DNA of 64,000 bases from Macrostomum lignano. Lineage: Eukaryota. This document shows, piece after piece, positions 11,791-24,900 of this stretch. Made by a program: the position numbers and the translations under genes. The stretch is taken from NCBI GenBank assembly GCA_002269645.1, contig NIVC01000104.1, positions 124,001 to 188,000 of the forward strand, given 5' to 3'. Below the pieces are notes generated by a model. The model was not told where the DNA came from, ran no database searches, and saw only the letters and a list, made by a program, of their open reading frames with translations. The first letter of the stretch is position 1. The number at the start of each line of letters is the position of its first letter.

Positions 11791-13860
11791 TTATTTAGTA
11801 GACGCATTCAAATCATCAGCGCCTTCGTCCGAGTCGTCGTCACCGAACGCCTCCTCATTCAGCCGAATGCCGCGCAGTTGACGCGCCGCCATAGCCGTAG
11901 CGGCAAACGTCGACGGCGAAGCACCGATCGAGGCCAGCAAAGACGATGGCCGAAAAACCGTTTCCCCATCCCTAGCGTCGCCGTCACCTTCAAGCGTACC
12001 GTGCCACACGATTCGTCGGCGACGGCGCGGTTGCGAATCGGCATCGTCGCGGCGATTTACAGTCTCGCCGCAACAGTCGTCTCTGCCAATATCATTGCCG
12101 TCGCCGTCACCTTCAACGAGCGGCAAGCCGCGTCTTGCTCTGGCCGCTTGTTCCCGCTGACGAAACAGTCTCCGGCGTTGGAGAATTACCGAATCTAATT
12201 CGCCTAGCACACGTCTAGTGGCGGCACGTCGAGCTGCTTCGTCTACATCGCCGATACACACGTCGCCATTATCAGCTTCGCCGTCAGCATCGCCGTCAAC
12301 ATCGGGTACAAGACCTTCAAGAAATTCGTCCTCTACGGCCGGAGCGGTATCTTGCGACACCAGCACTACTGGACGGTCAGGCTCCGCCGTAACCAACGAC
12401 GCTGAAGTTGTCGGAGGCGACTGCGCGGCTGGCGGCTTAACTGCAGTGGCGATTTCGTCACAGCAGGCAGCGGCATTAACAGCATAGACACGCGCTTCCA
12501 TAGCTATATCGGCAATCTCAATCATAGCAATGTTTGTCGAAGTTAAAGCGTTACGTTCGGCAAGAGCCGCCTTAACTAGCAGGGCTTCCGCTTGTAGACG
12601 CAGACTTCGAGCGGCCGCTTGCAACGGTGTTGAATTTTTGCTATCAGGTAAAGATGACTTGACAAGCACCTCGCTACTGTTGCCACCTAGAAACTCTTCT
12701 AACAGAGCGTCAACATCAGCTGCATCGCGTTTTCTATGCCGCTCCAATCGGATCTCTAACTTGTCAACTTCGGACCAAAGTTCATTCTCAAAGCTAGAAA
12801 AATTGCGGAAGAGTTCAAATAGACTAATACGAACACTGTGGTTGCTATGGGAACAGCCACCAAAAGCAAGTAAAAATCTGAGCACAACATCCGAGAGATG
12901 CATCTGCAACAGAGCGGCCATGGAAGCCAGAGCAGTTGGCGCAAACCCATCGGTTGCTTTAATCAATTCCGCCAATGCCAGATTAGCATTAAACGCTTCT
13001 CCAAACTCTGAATCGTCAGTAAGATACGCTAAGCCGCCTAGTTCAACATCGCGAGCTAATCTACGAATCGAATGAGTCAGCCGGCGACCAGATTCAAAAG
13101 CGGCCCGATTCAAAGCCGGAGCCGAGCGACGCAACAAAGACGCATTAGAAGCGTCGCTCAGGTCTTTGTTCGCGGCGCCGCGTACAAGAGTGAAGCCGCG
13201 CTCTACCTGAAGACGCTCCCGAGCCAAGCGAAGACAGGCGCGTTGGCTTGCAAGGCAACGTTCGGCGCCATTCAGCACGGAGGCCAACCAGCGAGCGAGA
13301 AGTTGCAACAATACCAAGCAAGATATCACGGTTGTAGAAACAACTGCAATTGTAGCTAACAGTACAATAAGCATGTCGAACACTAAATAGACTGCAAATA
13401 TCACTACCAATACAGGTAGAGCTGCTAGGAGCAATGTTCTAACTGGCACCGGGGATTTCCAATGCCAACTGTCTTCAGACAATGCCAATAGTAACAAACG
13501 CATATCGTCATCATCAAGTAGAAGGCGGAGCTTATTAACATTAGCTGATACAGTTCGAGAAACGACTAATCGAGCAAATCGTTCAGCTATGCCAATGGAA
13601 TTATGAAAAATTGCTGTTTCATCTGGATCATTGGATCTCAGCTGATGCTCAATTTCATCCATAGGCCCAGTTACCGGGGTCGCAGCGACACTGACAGCGT
13701 CGCTTAATCCCACCTCTGCTGCGTACCGTCCCAGGGGGGAATTGGCCGGCAAAATCTCTTCATCGTCATTATCGTCATTATCCTCATAATTATTATAAAT
13801 ATCATTCGTTATGTTTTGATGATTTACTGCTTTTTCAGAGCATTCGGCTGCAGCTTGCAT
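11791..13860 (-). CDS. VEZT: Vezatin-like protein, intronless (likely start MQAAAEC at 13860; the ORF is open to 14127)
   Basis: NSPLGRYAAEVGLSD resembles vezatin NSPLYQYLQDLG. Two hydrophobic segments are present. ERGFTLVRGA resembles SRGFTLVSAA. TDGFAPTALASMAALLQMHLSDVVLRFLL resembles TDGFSLPALKVLFQLW...RRLALLL. Acidic C-terminus with EEAFGD. The N-terminal 89 aa of the ORF read through AT-rich and SINE sequence. Confidence 0.85.
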   Translation of the reverse strand: MQAAAECSEKAVNHQNITNDIYNNYEDNDDNDDEEILPANSPLGRYAAEVGLSDAVSVAATPVTGPMDEIEHQLRSNDPDETAIFHNSIGIAERFARLVVSRTVSANVNKLRLLLDDDDMRLLLLALSEDSWHWKSPVPVRTLLLAALPVLVVIFAVYLVFDMLIVLLATIAVVSTTVISCLVLLQLLARWLASVLNGAERCLASQRACLRLARERLQVERGFTLVRGAANKDLSDASNASLLRRSAPALNRAAFESGRRLTHSIRRLARDVELGGLAYLTDDSEFGEAFNANLALAELIKATDGFAPTALASMAALLQMHLSDVVLRFLLAFGGCSHSNHSVRISLFELFRNFSSFENELWSEVDKLEIRLERHRKRDAADVDALLEEFLGGNSSEVLVKSSLPDSKNSTPLQAAARSLRLQAEALLVKAALAERNALTSTNIAMIEIADIAMEARVYAVNAAACCDEIATAVKPPAAQSPPTTSASLVTAEPDRPVVLVSQDTAPAVEDEFLEGLVPDVDGDADGEADNGDVCIGDVDEAARRAATRRVLGELDSVILQRRRLFRQREQAARARRGLPLVEGDGDGNDIGRDDCCGETVNRRDDADSQPRRRRRIVWHGTLEGDGDARDGETVFRPSSLLASIGASPSTFAATAMAARQLRGIRLNEEAFGDDDSDEGADDLNASTK

Positions 13861-14071
13861 AGCAGCTTGCTTATCCAACAGACTGAAACAAACATAGTGA
13901 GGAACTATCAAAATTAATTTCAAAGCAATTAGAAGTTGTAAAAAATCAACAACTAAAATACTACTAAGCCACAAGTCACAACTAAACCAGTAGTGCGTCA
14001 TTGCAAATACTCGTAGAAATACAGAGAGATAAATAAAACCAAGGTACGAGTTTATAATTAAAATATCCATT

Positions 14072-14351
14072 ATAATAATAATGTGATGTGCAACCGACAG
14101 CTCAGCCGCAGCCATTGCGCGGCGCATCTGAAGGCTGCGTACGGCTGTTCAGTCCAAGGACTGGGGGGTCGCCACACACACCCTCAACTTTAATTACGAG
14201 TACCCTAGGTAATGCTGGCACCCATTTTACAGTAATGCATTGAAGCAATGCAGGGTTGAAGTGTCTTGCTCAAGCAAGTTGTTCCGAGTGGGTGAATCGA
14301 ACCCCCGACCTTTCAATCGTGAGTCCGACGCTCTAACCACTAGGCCAAACC
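14072..14351 (-). mobile_element. tRNA-derived SINE (family A)
   Basis: The minus strand starts GGTTTGGCCTAGTGGTTAGAGCGTCGGACTCACGATTGAAAGGTCGGGGGTTCGATTC (A box and B box). It continues with TTGAGCAAGACACTTCAACCC and GTAAAATGGGTGCCAGC, resembling conserved SINE body segments, and ends in an (ATT)n tail. Confidence 0.75.
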
Positions 14352-14691
14352 CTATAAAAACCTAAAATACCTAATAGGGTAAAACAGTACAATTTTTAAT
14401 CTCACACTAGTCTAAACTGTAAAAAATTTTTAAAAGAATTAACCCAGAAGTTGTTGACAATGTATATGAAAACAAAAGTATTATTGCAAATATTTATTAT
14501 TCAACTATTTTGTTTAAACAAAAGCAACTGCGTGCAAATAAACTTTAGAACATTAGGATGGATATAAATAGGAACGAGCAGAAAAGTTTATTTGTACTCG
14601 TAAAACAATCAAATGCAACTGCAATGACATACTAAATAATATATAGATTTTGCCAGCCAAGCTGATGATTTACTGCATGGAACTCTTTGAA

Positions 14692-15126
14692 GCACAGACA
14701 CAGACACAGAGACAGACACAGACACAGAGACAGACACAGACACAGAGACAGACACAGACACAGAGACAGACACAGACACAGACACAGACACAGAGACAGA
14801 CACAGAGACAGACACAGACACAGAGACAGACACAGACACAGAGACAGACACAGACACAGAGACAGACACAGACACAGAGACAGACACAGACACAGAGACA
14901 GACACAGACACAGAGACAGACACAGAGACAGACACAGACACAGAGACAGACACAGACACAGAGACAGACACAGACACAGAGACAGACACAGACACAGAGA
15001 CAGACACAGAGACAGACGCAGAGACAGATACAGAGACAGACACAGACACAGAGACAGACACAGACACAGAGACAGACACAGACACAGAGACAGACGCAGA
15101 GACAGACACAGACACAGAGACAGAGA
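14692..15126. repeat. GACACA/GAGACA compound microsatellite (18-bp period)
   Basis: Direct observation; source of the SV/LC/QT/HR repeat ORFs. Confidence 0.97.
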
Positions 15127-15957
15127 CATCGGAAAAGCGAATAGGAAAATTCTCCACTCGATCAGGTAAGTAATCAGCTTCGCTGTCAATAGCAACAATA
15201 GCCATAATACAAACATGCACAGTAAAGCAGTGAACTAAAACAACAGCAGAGATTAGTTGATAAATGTTGAAGGCAAAAATGACTGATTATTACACTATTG
15301 AAGTTCAAACGCAGAGTCAAAATCTGCAACTGAATGAATTTAATAAAGGAATAGCGCATAAAAACGCACAGCATAAAAAATGAGTGGAATATAAGTTTTT
15401 AACACAGCACCTGGAATATGTATACATAGCGCTAAAAATGTGCTAGATACTGCTAGAGATAGTTTTAAGACAGAAACAAAAGCTTTTTTTATATAACTAG
15501 ACGCTTATTAAATGCATTAGCAAAGGCCAATTAAATTATTAGTAGATATTGCTAATTTGTTAAAAACAAATTTATTAAACACGTATTTTAATATTTATTT
15601 AGCAGAACGAAACTAACCGAAGAACAAATGCAACTTTACTGAATTTATCCAAAGAAAGAATTTGATTAAACTTCTCTGAGCTGTTTGGTAGAAAATGTTA
15701 ACAAATAAATACAAGACAGTAGAAAGAAGAAAAACTTCTTATTGCGTTTTCAATTATTGGAGCATCAATCTAATAATTTCTGCTAGCTGGACAGAGTAAA
15801 GTTTGAAAATTGGGCAAAAATTCAACAGGCGATTGATACAGGCAGACAACACAGAGAAGATATTGATGCTTGTAAAAACATGACGAACAAAGACCAGATT
15901 GTCATTGTCAGGTTAGCCAATTAGCCTGTCAGGAAGACCCACACAATTCAAAGCAGT

Positions 15958-18900
15958 TCACCGGTTTGACAAATAATAGGCCACGCTAGTGTCCTGAGTG
16001 GCATCTCGACTACTCAGTGTGGCCACAATCACCTTCCACTCGTCAAATACAATACGCGAGCTCTTCTCCAGCGCGTTTGAGTCGCGCTCTTTGTTCAGAT
16101 AGTGGTCAGACCAGAATGCCAGCAGGTCGAGTAGATTGGCCATGATTGGCTTAAGACTGGAACAGTCGCCGCGAGACAGGTTCGGGAATACCAGCTGACG
16201 CTCGTCCTTTGGGATATTTATTAAAACACTTGGGACAATTATGACAGCTTAAGAATACCCCTTAGACTGTTAACTTAGAATCTAAGGTAGTGACTCAAAA
16301 ACTGATCATCTGGGAGGCTGGCCCAGCAACTGGGGATCTGAGAGGCTGGCCCAGCAACTGGGGATCTGAGAGGCTGGCCCAGCAACTGGGGATCTGAGAG
16401 GCTGGCCCAGCAACTGAGGATCTGGGAGGCTGGCCCAGCAACTGGGGATCTGGGAGGCTAGCCCAGCAACTGGGGATCTGAGAGGCTGGCCCAGCAACTG
16501 AGGATCTGAGAGGCTGGCCCAGCAACTGAGGATCTGAGAGGCTGGCCCAGCAACTGAGGATCTGGGAGGCTGGCCCAGCAACTGAGGATCTGGGAGGCTG
16601 GCCCAGCAACTGAGGATCTGGGAGGCAGGCTGGGGATCTGATCTGGGGATCAACTGAGGATGACACAATAAGGAGTATTTGAGCAGCCAGCTTACCAGAG
16701 TATCCATCCGCTTGATAGCCGCCAGGTAAGCGGGCAGCTTGCTGGCTCGATGGGCGTAGACCAGCACAACCAGGCCGGTGTTCAAGCAGCTCACATTCTC
16801 CTGGGTCAGACTGCTCAAGCAGAGCAGGCGCAGCATCCGGTAAGAGACGGTGGCCTGAAGAAAAACAGGTTTGGTTGATTAAATTGAATTCAAGAATCAT
16901 AAAATGGTTAAGGCAATTAACTCTTTTACATTGCAATTGGCCTCTCAGACTGCAATTGGCCTCTCAGATTGCAATCGGTACTCTCTAATTGCAATCGGCA
17001 CTCTCTAATTGCAATTGGCACTCACTAATTGCAATTGGCACTCTCTAATTGCAATTGGCACTCACTAATTGCAATCGACACCGTCTAATTGCAATTGGCA
17101 CTCTCTAATTGCAATCTTCACTCTCTCTAATTGCAATCGACACCCTCTAATTGCAATTGGCACTCTCTAATTGCAATTGGCACTCACTAATTGCAATCGA
17201 CACCGTCTAATTGCAATCGGCACTCTCTAATTGCAATCTTCACTCTCTCTAATTGCAATCGGCACTCTCTAATTGCAATCGGCAGTCTCTAATTGCAATC
17301 TTCACTCTCTCTAATTGCAATCTTCACTCTCTCTAATTGCAATCTTCACTCTCTCTAATTGCAATCTTCACTCTCTCTAATTGCAATCGACACCCTCTAA
17401 TTGCAATCGGCACTCTCTAATTGCAATCGGCACTCTCTAATTGCAATCTTCACTCTCTCTAATTGCAATCTTCACTCTCTCTAATTGCAATCTTCACTCT
17501 CTCTAATTGCAATCGGCACTCTCTAATTGCAATCGGCACTCTCTAATTGCAATCTTCACTCTCTCTAATTGCAATCGATCCTCTCTAATTGCAATCGGCA
17601 CTCTCTAATTGCAATTGGCACTCTCTAACTGTTATCGATCCTCTCTAATTGTACCTGACAGTCTCGGATTTCAATCAGCACTTTCAGATTAAAACTACAT
17701 ATTGTAAATACAAATAGCACTGCAGTTAAAAATGACGGCACTATTTAATTACAAATTACACTATGATAAATAATTTTTGTTAAGCAAGCGTGTATAATAG
17801 AAACCTTAGCATCGTCGTTAGCCCATCTAGCCAGTAGGCAGGACTTCCGATTGCACCAAATGGCTGTGGCGGGCGTTATCCTAGCAAAATGATCAATGCT
17901 AAGCATAGCGCTCCTTAGAAACATATTGGAATCAACCAGGTTAGCGCTGGCTAATTGGCACAGCCTATTCGAACCGGTCTCGCCCAGTTGGCCGTCCAAT
18001 TCGCGCACAGCTTGCTCGTTGAATTTCAACAGTTCGGCCAGCAGATCAAAGCCGGATTGGACAACTTCGCGGGATGGCGAGTCAACTTCGATTAGGGTGG
18101 AGGCCACGTGGCTGAGCAGGCCGCGGCGGATTAGCAGAACCTGATAGAGGCGATAGAGGTTTTTATTTAGTAAAAGACGGTCGGTGCTACTCACGGTGAT
18201 TTTTTCAGTAGGCTGTTAAGCACATTTTTACACCAAGGCAGCTGGGGGATACTTAATAGCCACTTCCAGCCTATAACACAAAATCTAGCCTGTGGCGCTA
18301 AACTCTAGCCTGTGGCGCTAAATCTAGCCTGCGGCGCTAAATCTAGCCTGCGGCGCTAAAATCTAGCCTGGGGCGCTAAATCTAGCCTTCGGCGCTAAAT
18401 CTAGCCTGCGGCGCTAAATCTAGCCTGCGGCGCTAAAATCTAGCCTGCGGCGCTAAATCTAGCCTTCGGCGCTAAATCTAGCCTGCGGCGCTAAATCTAG
18501 CCTGCGGCGCTAAAATCTAGCCTGTGGCGCTAAATCTAGCCTGCGGCGCTAAATCTAGCATGCGGCGCTAAAATCTAGCCTGCGGCGCTAAAATCTAGCC
18601 CGTGGCGCTAAATCTAGCCTGTAGCGCTAAAATCTAATCTGCAGCGTTTAATTGGCGCTAAAATCTAGCCTGTGGCGCTAAATCTAGCCTGTGGCGCTAA
18701 AATCTAGCCTGTGGCGCTAAATCTAGCCTGCGGCGCTAAATCTAGCCTGCGGCGCTAAAATCTAGCCTGCGGCGCTAAATCTAGCCTTCGGCGCTAAATC
18801 TAGCCTGTGGCGCTAAATCTAGCATATGGCGCTAAATATAGCCTGTGGCGCTAAATATAGCATATGGCGCTAAACCTAGCCTGTCCCGCTAAATCTAATT

Positions 18901-21900
18901 TGCAGCGTTTAATTGGCGCTAAAATCTAGTCTGTGGCGCTTAAATCTAGTCTGTGGCGCTAAAAATCTAGCCTATAGGGCCTAATTCTAGTCTGCAGCGC
19001 TAAAATCTAACGTACGGCGCTAAAATCCAATGTAGGGCGCTAAATTCTAATGTACGGCGTTAAAAATCTGTTGGCCAAGTGTTAGCCAATGTTTATGCCT
19101 ACTAGATTCCAATATACCAATAATCACCTGATCGCAGTAGGCACCCTGACAGCGCAGATACGATTCAACAGCTCTGGCCAGCCAGAATCGAAACGTGCTA
19201 GTAGACGGTTCGTGTTGCAACACTTCGACCATGCGAACTAGTAGGCCAGGCTCTTTCCGACACATTAGCGACCTGTCGACGCTAGTCAAGCCGTCCACTC
19301 TGTCTGGCGCAGGTAAGCTGGCATTGATGCAGCGCAATTCGGCTAGCTCAGATTGGCATAGCAACAGGCGGCGATGCGACCAATTAGCGTGATCGCAGAA
19401 CGAATGGATTAAGCGGAGTAGTTGGATTTTCACTGCCACCTCGGGTGCGCATTCGCATAGCTGAAGTTGAAGTGAATTGAGTATATTCAAGGGTATAGAA
19501 ATGCAATTTTTACTCTGAGTTCAATTACAATCGTTTTGCATGCCTAAAACTACCCATACCTTCCCAGAAGCATTGCTTTAATTTTCTGAATCTGCCGTTA
19601 CGTCTCTTGATTCTACTATTTACTTTACTGAAACTATCGATAACCATTAACCTTGCTGAACTTACAAATTCCTTAGCTAAAACTACCATTATCAGCACTG
19701 AAACTACCATTCTCATCACTGAAACTACCATTTTCATCACTGAAACTACTATTTTCATCACTGAAACTACCATTTTCATCACTGAAACTACCATTTTCAT
19801 CACTGAAACTACCATTTTCATCACTGAAACTACCATTGTCGTCACTGAAACTACCATTATCAGCACTAAAACTACCATTCTTATCACTGAAACTACCATT
19901 TCCATCACTGAAACTACCATTGTCGTAACTAAAACTACCATTTTCATCACTGAAACTACCATTTTTCATCACTGAAACTACCATTGTCGTCACTAAAACT
20001 ACCATTATCATCACTGAAACTACCATTTTCATCACTGAAACTACCATTTTTCATCACTGAAACTACCATTGTCGTCACTGAAACTACCATTATCATCACT
20101 GAAACTACCATTTTCATCACTGAAACTACCATTTTCATCAGTGAAACTACCATTTTCATCAGTGAAACTACCATTTTCATCACAAACTACCATTTTCATC
20201 ACTGAAACTACCATTTTCATCACTGAAACTACCATTTTCATCACTGAAACTACCATTTTCATCACTGAAACTACCATTTTCATCACTGAAACTACCATTT
20301 TCATCACTGAAACTACCATTGTCGTCACTAAAACTACCGTTTTCATCACTGAAACTACGGTTTTTATCACTAAAACTACGATTTTCATCACTGAAACTAC
20401 CATTTTTGTCACTGAAACTACCATTTTCATCACTGAAACTACCATTTTTGTCACTGAAACTACCATAGTCGTCACTGAAAGTACCATTGTCGTCACTAAA
20501 ACTACCATTTTCATCACTGAAACTACCATTTTTGTCACTGAAACTACCATTTTCATCACTGAAACTACCATTTTTGTCACTAAAACTACCATTTTCATCA
20601 CTGAAACTACCATTTTTATCACTGAAACTACCATTTTCATCACTGAAACTACCATTTTCATCACTGAAACTACCATTTTTATCACTGAAACTACCATTTT
20701 CATCACTGAAACTATCATTTTCATCACAAACTACCATATTCATCACTGAAACTACCATTTTTATCACTGAAACTACCATTTTCATCACTGAAACTACCAT
20801 TTTTGTCACTGAAACTACCATTTTCATCACTGAAACTACCATTTTTGTCACTAAAACTACCATTTTCATCACTGAAACTACCATTTTTATCACTGAAACT
20901 ACCATTTTCATCACTGAAACTACCATTTTCATCACTGAAACTACCATTTTTATCACTGAAACTACCATTTTCATCACTGAAACTATCATTTTCATCACAA
21001 ACTACCATTTTCATCACTGAAACTACCATTTTTATCACTGAAACTACCATTTTCATCACTGAAACTACCATTTTCATCACTGAAACTACCATTTTTATCA
21101 CTGAAACTACCATTTTCATCACTGAAACTATCATTTTCATCACAAACTACCATATTCATCACTGAAACTACCATTTTCATCACAAACTACCATATTCATC
21201 ACTGAAACTACCTCCTCTAATCTATCACGTAATCGCCATTTGTTCCCCGCCCCTAATCTTCTCTATCTGACCCCAGCTTCGCTCTAAGCTATCAAAGAGA
21301 ATCTGCATCACAAACCTGATGCTGATGCTCCCTCTGCTGTTGCCGAACCAGCTCCCGCTGTCTTTGCAGCTCCATCTGTTGCAGCTGCACTGGCGGAGCT
21401 CCGAACATCGCCGCGGCGGCTTCCGCAGCCGTAGAAGCAGACCCGGCGGTGTGGCATCGCCATAGAAACATATCGAACAGATCTTGCAAAGCTGGGGCGA
21501 ATCTTAATTCCGCTAGACGGCGTTGGACCCTTCTGCGTTGACGACCGCCTAGCAACAGGCCTAATACGTAGCAGAGCGACACCAGATTGTGCAACTGGCT
21601 GCACCGGTGCAAAGCGAACGACAACGGTCGATCAAACAGCGACACAGGCATCTGATTGGCTGGCGCTGGCGGCCTGCCAAACCCGCCAAATACTTCGTCT
21701 TCGCCTTGCAGGGCCGGCGAATCCCAGATCGGCGGCGGCGGCAGCGGCGCGCCGGGCGGCTGACTGCCAGCGATGATGGCGTTGTCAAGGGCGCGATCGA
21801 TCCAGGTGAGCCAGTTCTCGCTCTCAGTTGGCTGGCCTGGTTAGTGCAAAGATTCCGATTCTCATTAGAGATTAAGCCTCTAGATTCCGATTCTCACTAG

Positions 21901-24900
21901 AGATTAAGCCTTTAGATTCCGATTCTCACTAGAGATTAAGCCTCTAGATTCCGATTCACACTAGAGATTAAGCCTCTAGATTCCGATTCTCACTAGAGAT
22001 TAAGCCTCTAGATTCCGATTCTCACAAGAGATTAAGTCTCTAGATTCCGAGTCTCACAAAAGATTAAGTCTCTAGATTCCGAGTCTCACAAGAGATTAAG
22101 CCTCTAGATTCCGAGTCTCACAAGAGATTAAGTCTCTAGATTCCGAGTCTCACAAGAGATTAAGTCTCTAGATTCCGAGTCTTACAAGAGATTAAGTCTC
22201 TAGATTCCGAGTCTCACAAGATATTAAGTCTCTAGATTCCGAGTCTCACAAGAGATCTAGTCCCAGGATTCCGAATCTCATGAGATAGTTAGTGTGAAGA
22301 TTAGATTAAATCTACAAATTATAGCACAAAATCAGTTTACAAAAATCAAATATCCACAAAAACAAGAGACTCACCTCTATATCGCGGTATACACCTGAGC
22401 GCCATATACTTCATCAATTGAACCATACGAGGCAGGAACTGCGGACAAGCCAACAGGCAATCCAGATTGCTGTCGCGAGGATTTCCATTGCTGCAGATGC
22501 TGCCACTGTTGGGCATTGGCCGTCGATCGGCATGAAGCTGCTGGTTGCCTGGCTGCCGCAACTGGGCCTGAGTAGTTCATTAAGGTAGAATCAAGGTGTA
22601 GTGCACAATGTAATATTGCTGCTGCTGTTGCTGATGGTTGTTAAGTGAATTATAATATCGCTAATAACGATGACGCTACTGGTTGCTAGGGGAAATATAA
22701 TAATCATATCATAATGGTTGCTAAGTGAAATATTATCAACCCTAATGATGCTATTGGTTGCTAAGGAAGCAATACCAGTCCCGATTATGTCATTGAGTGC
22801 TAGAGGAAAATTGACTTGAATCTACTGGTTGCTAAGGTAAAATTGTCCTAACCCTACAGGTTGCTAAGGTAAAATTGTCCTAACCCTACTACAGATTGCT
22901 AAGGTGAAATTGTCTAACCCTACAGGTTGCTAAGGTCAAATTGTCCTAACCCTACTACAGGTTGCTAAGGTCAAATTGTCCTAACCCTAATACTGGTTGC
23001 TAAGGTAAATTTGTCTTAACCCTACCGGTTGCTAAGGAAAGCGGCCACTAACCTCAAAATTACACAGCCTAATAAGTCCCTACCTGAAGCAGTCCTCCAG
23101 GCCTATCGGCACCCTGATCTCCATCCGACAAAGCCAAGGTCAGAATCCGAGTAAACTGCACCAGCTGATCGTCTGTAAAGCGTTGCACTAGCGCCTCTAA
23201 TTTGGGCACCCGATTGAGCATAAACAAGCCGTTGGTATGCTGAAATACATCCTCTAACAGTTGGATAGAGCCGCCGTAGAGAAAGCTAACCCCGGTGCAG
23301 GTGAACAGATAGTTAACTAGATGGTCGCCTCCGGTGCCGCTAATCAGAGAATCCAGAACGGCTAAGCCCAGGTGCTGGTCACCTTGACTCCGGTGTACAA
23401 TTAGCCGACAGAGCAGGTCAATTAGTTGGCCTTTGCTGCGCAGCAATTGGCTCAATTCTGCAAGAAATGAAAGACATACCTGTCAATGAGCCTGTCCAGG
23501 GGCCCATACCAACAGTGTAGTGCCCGTATTAGTGTTCCTCTTAGTGTCTGTCTCAGCGTCTGTCTTATTGTCTGTCTTAATGTCTATCCAAGTGCCTGTC
23601 TTAGTGCCTGTCTTAGTGTTTTAGTGTCTGTCTTAGTGCCTGTCTTAGTGTTTTAGTGTGTGCGTTAGTGTCTGTCTTAGTGCCTGTCTTAGTGTTTGTC
23701 TTAGTGTCTGTCTTCGTGTCTGTCTTAGTGTCTGTCTCGGTGTCTATCTTAGAGTCTGTCTTAGAGTCTGTCTCAGTGTCTATCTTAGAGTCTGTCTTAG
23801 AGTCTGTCTCGGTGTCTATCTTAGAGTCTGTCTTAGAGTCTGTCTCAGTGTCTATCTTAGAGTCTGTCTTAGTGTCTGTCTCGGTGTCTATCTTAGAGTC
23901 TGTCTTAGAGTCTGTCTCAGTGTCTATCTTAGAGTCTGTCTTAGTGTCTGTCTCGGTGTCTATCTTAGAGTCTGTCTTAGTGTCTGTCTCAGTGTCTATC
24001 TTAGAGTCTGTCTTAGTTTCTGTCTCAGTGTCTATCTTAGAGTCTGTCTTAGTGCCTGTCTTTGTAGTGCCTGTTTTAGTGTCTGTCCAACTGTCCTAGC
24101 ACTTTAGCAACTGTCCAAATCATCCACACCCAGTCTGCCCTGCCACTCACCCGTATCGGGGCGTTGCAAAACCACAGCATTTGAGTCCAAAGTGTCATAA
24201 ACTAGAATTTGTCTAAGAAGCTGTAAAAAATCGAAAATTTAAATTTAAAACATATTATTAAAGAATCGACAGATGTACTAACTTTTTTGAACTCACCTGA
24301 ACGCCGCCCTGAGCAATAAAGCTACGCAGAAGCATAGACGGACTCAAGCTAACTCCCGCATCCGGCATGCACCGTTTAGCGAAATGCTGCAAATAGAGCG
24401 GCAACTGTAGGCCACCAGGTGGCGGCGGTCTAGAAAAGCAAGCGGTCGATCGCATATCAACTAGCCAGGCCCGTTCCAGCCGTTTAATCTGGTGCGTAGC
24501 TCGCAGATCGGCCATCAGTTGGCGAAGATTCTGCTGTTGCAATTGTTGGCGACGCCTAGACAATGCTACTACAGCCTCCGACTGGTCCTGACTGTTTGCG
24601 CCAGGATTGTACACCATCTCTTGCAATTGATTCTGCTTCTGGTGCAGAAATGTTCGAGGAATCTGAAATTTTGTGTGTGCATAAATTTTATCACTATAAA
24701 TTCATCTCCTTGCTTACGTGTTTCTATCAAAGCCACGTGGAATTTCCATGGATTACCCTGCGGAACAGTGTCTACAAATTGTGTACATGTGAGCCAATGT
24801 TCTTTCGATGGGCCTCTGCCTCATGGAATTTCCGTGGATTTTCCTGCAACAAGGGATTCCCCTGCAGCTGTGCATGAAGCATTCACACGGGATTTCCAAG

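Noticed and set aside
13861-14127. N-terminal 89 aa of the 778-aa vezatin ORF
   Set aside because: It runs through AT-rich sequence and the SINE tail; homology starts after Met 13860, which has an acceptor-like site just upstream.
14280-14351. Functional tRNA gene (also 43095-43164)
   Set aside because: A and B boxes are present, but the stems pair poorly and the sequence continues into SINE body and tail.
14609-15220. SV/LC/QT/HR dipeptide ORFs
   Set aside because: Microsatellite read-through in all frames.
19525-21183. MKMVVSV / ITETTIF / DENGSFS ORFs as mucin- or antifreeze-like proteins
   Set aside because: They are a 21-bp intronic array with frameshifting unit variants; TRPC4AP splices cleanly across it.
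23458-23479. 22-nt GT-AG micro-intron before TRPC4AP exon 4
   Set aside because: Too short; the phase-1 donor at 24150 already joins this acceptor in frame.
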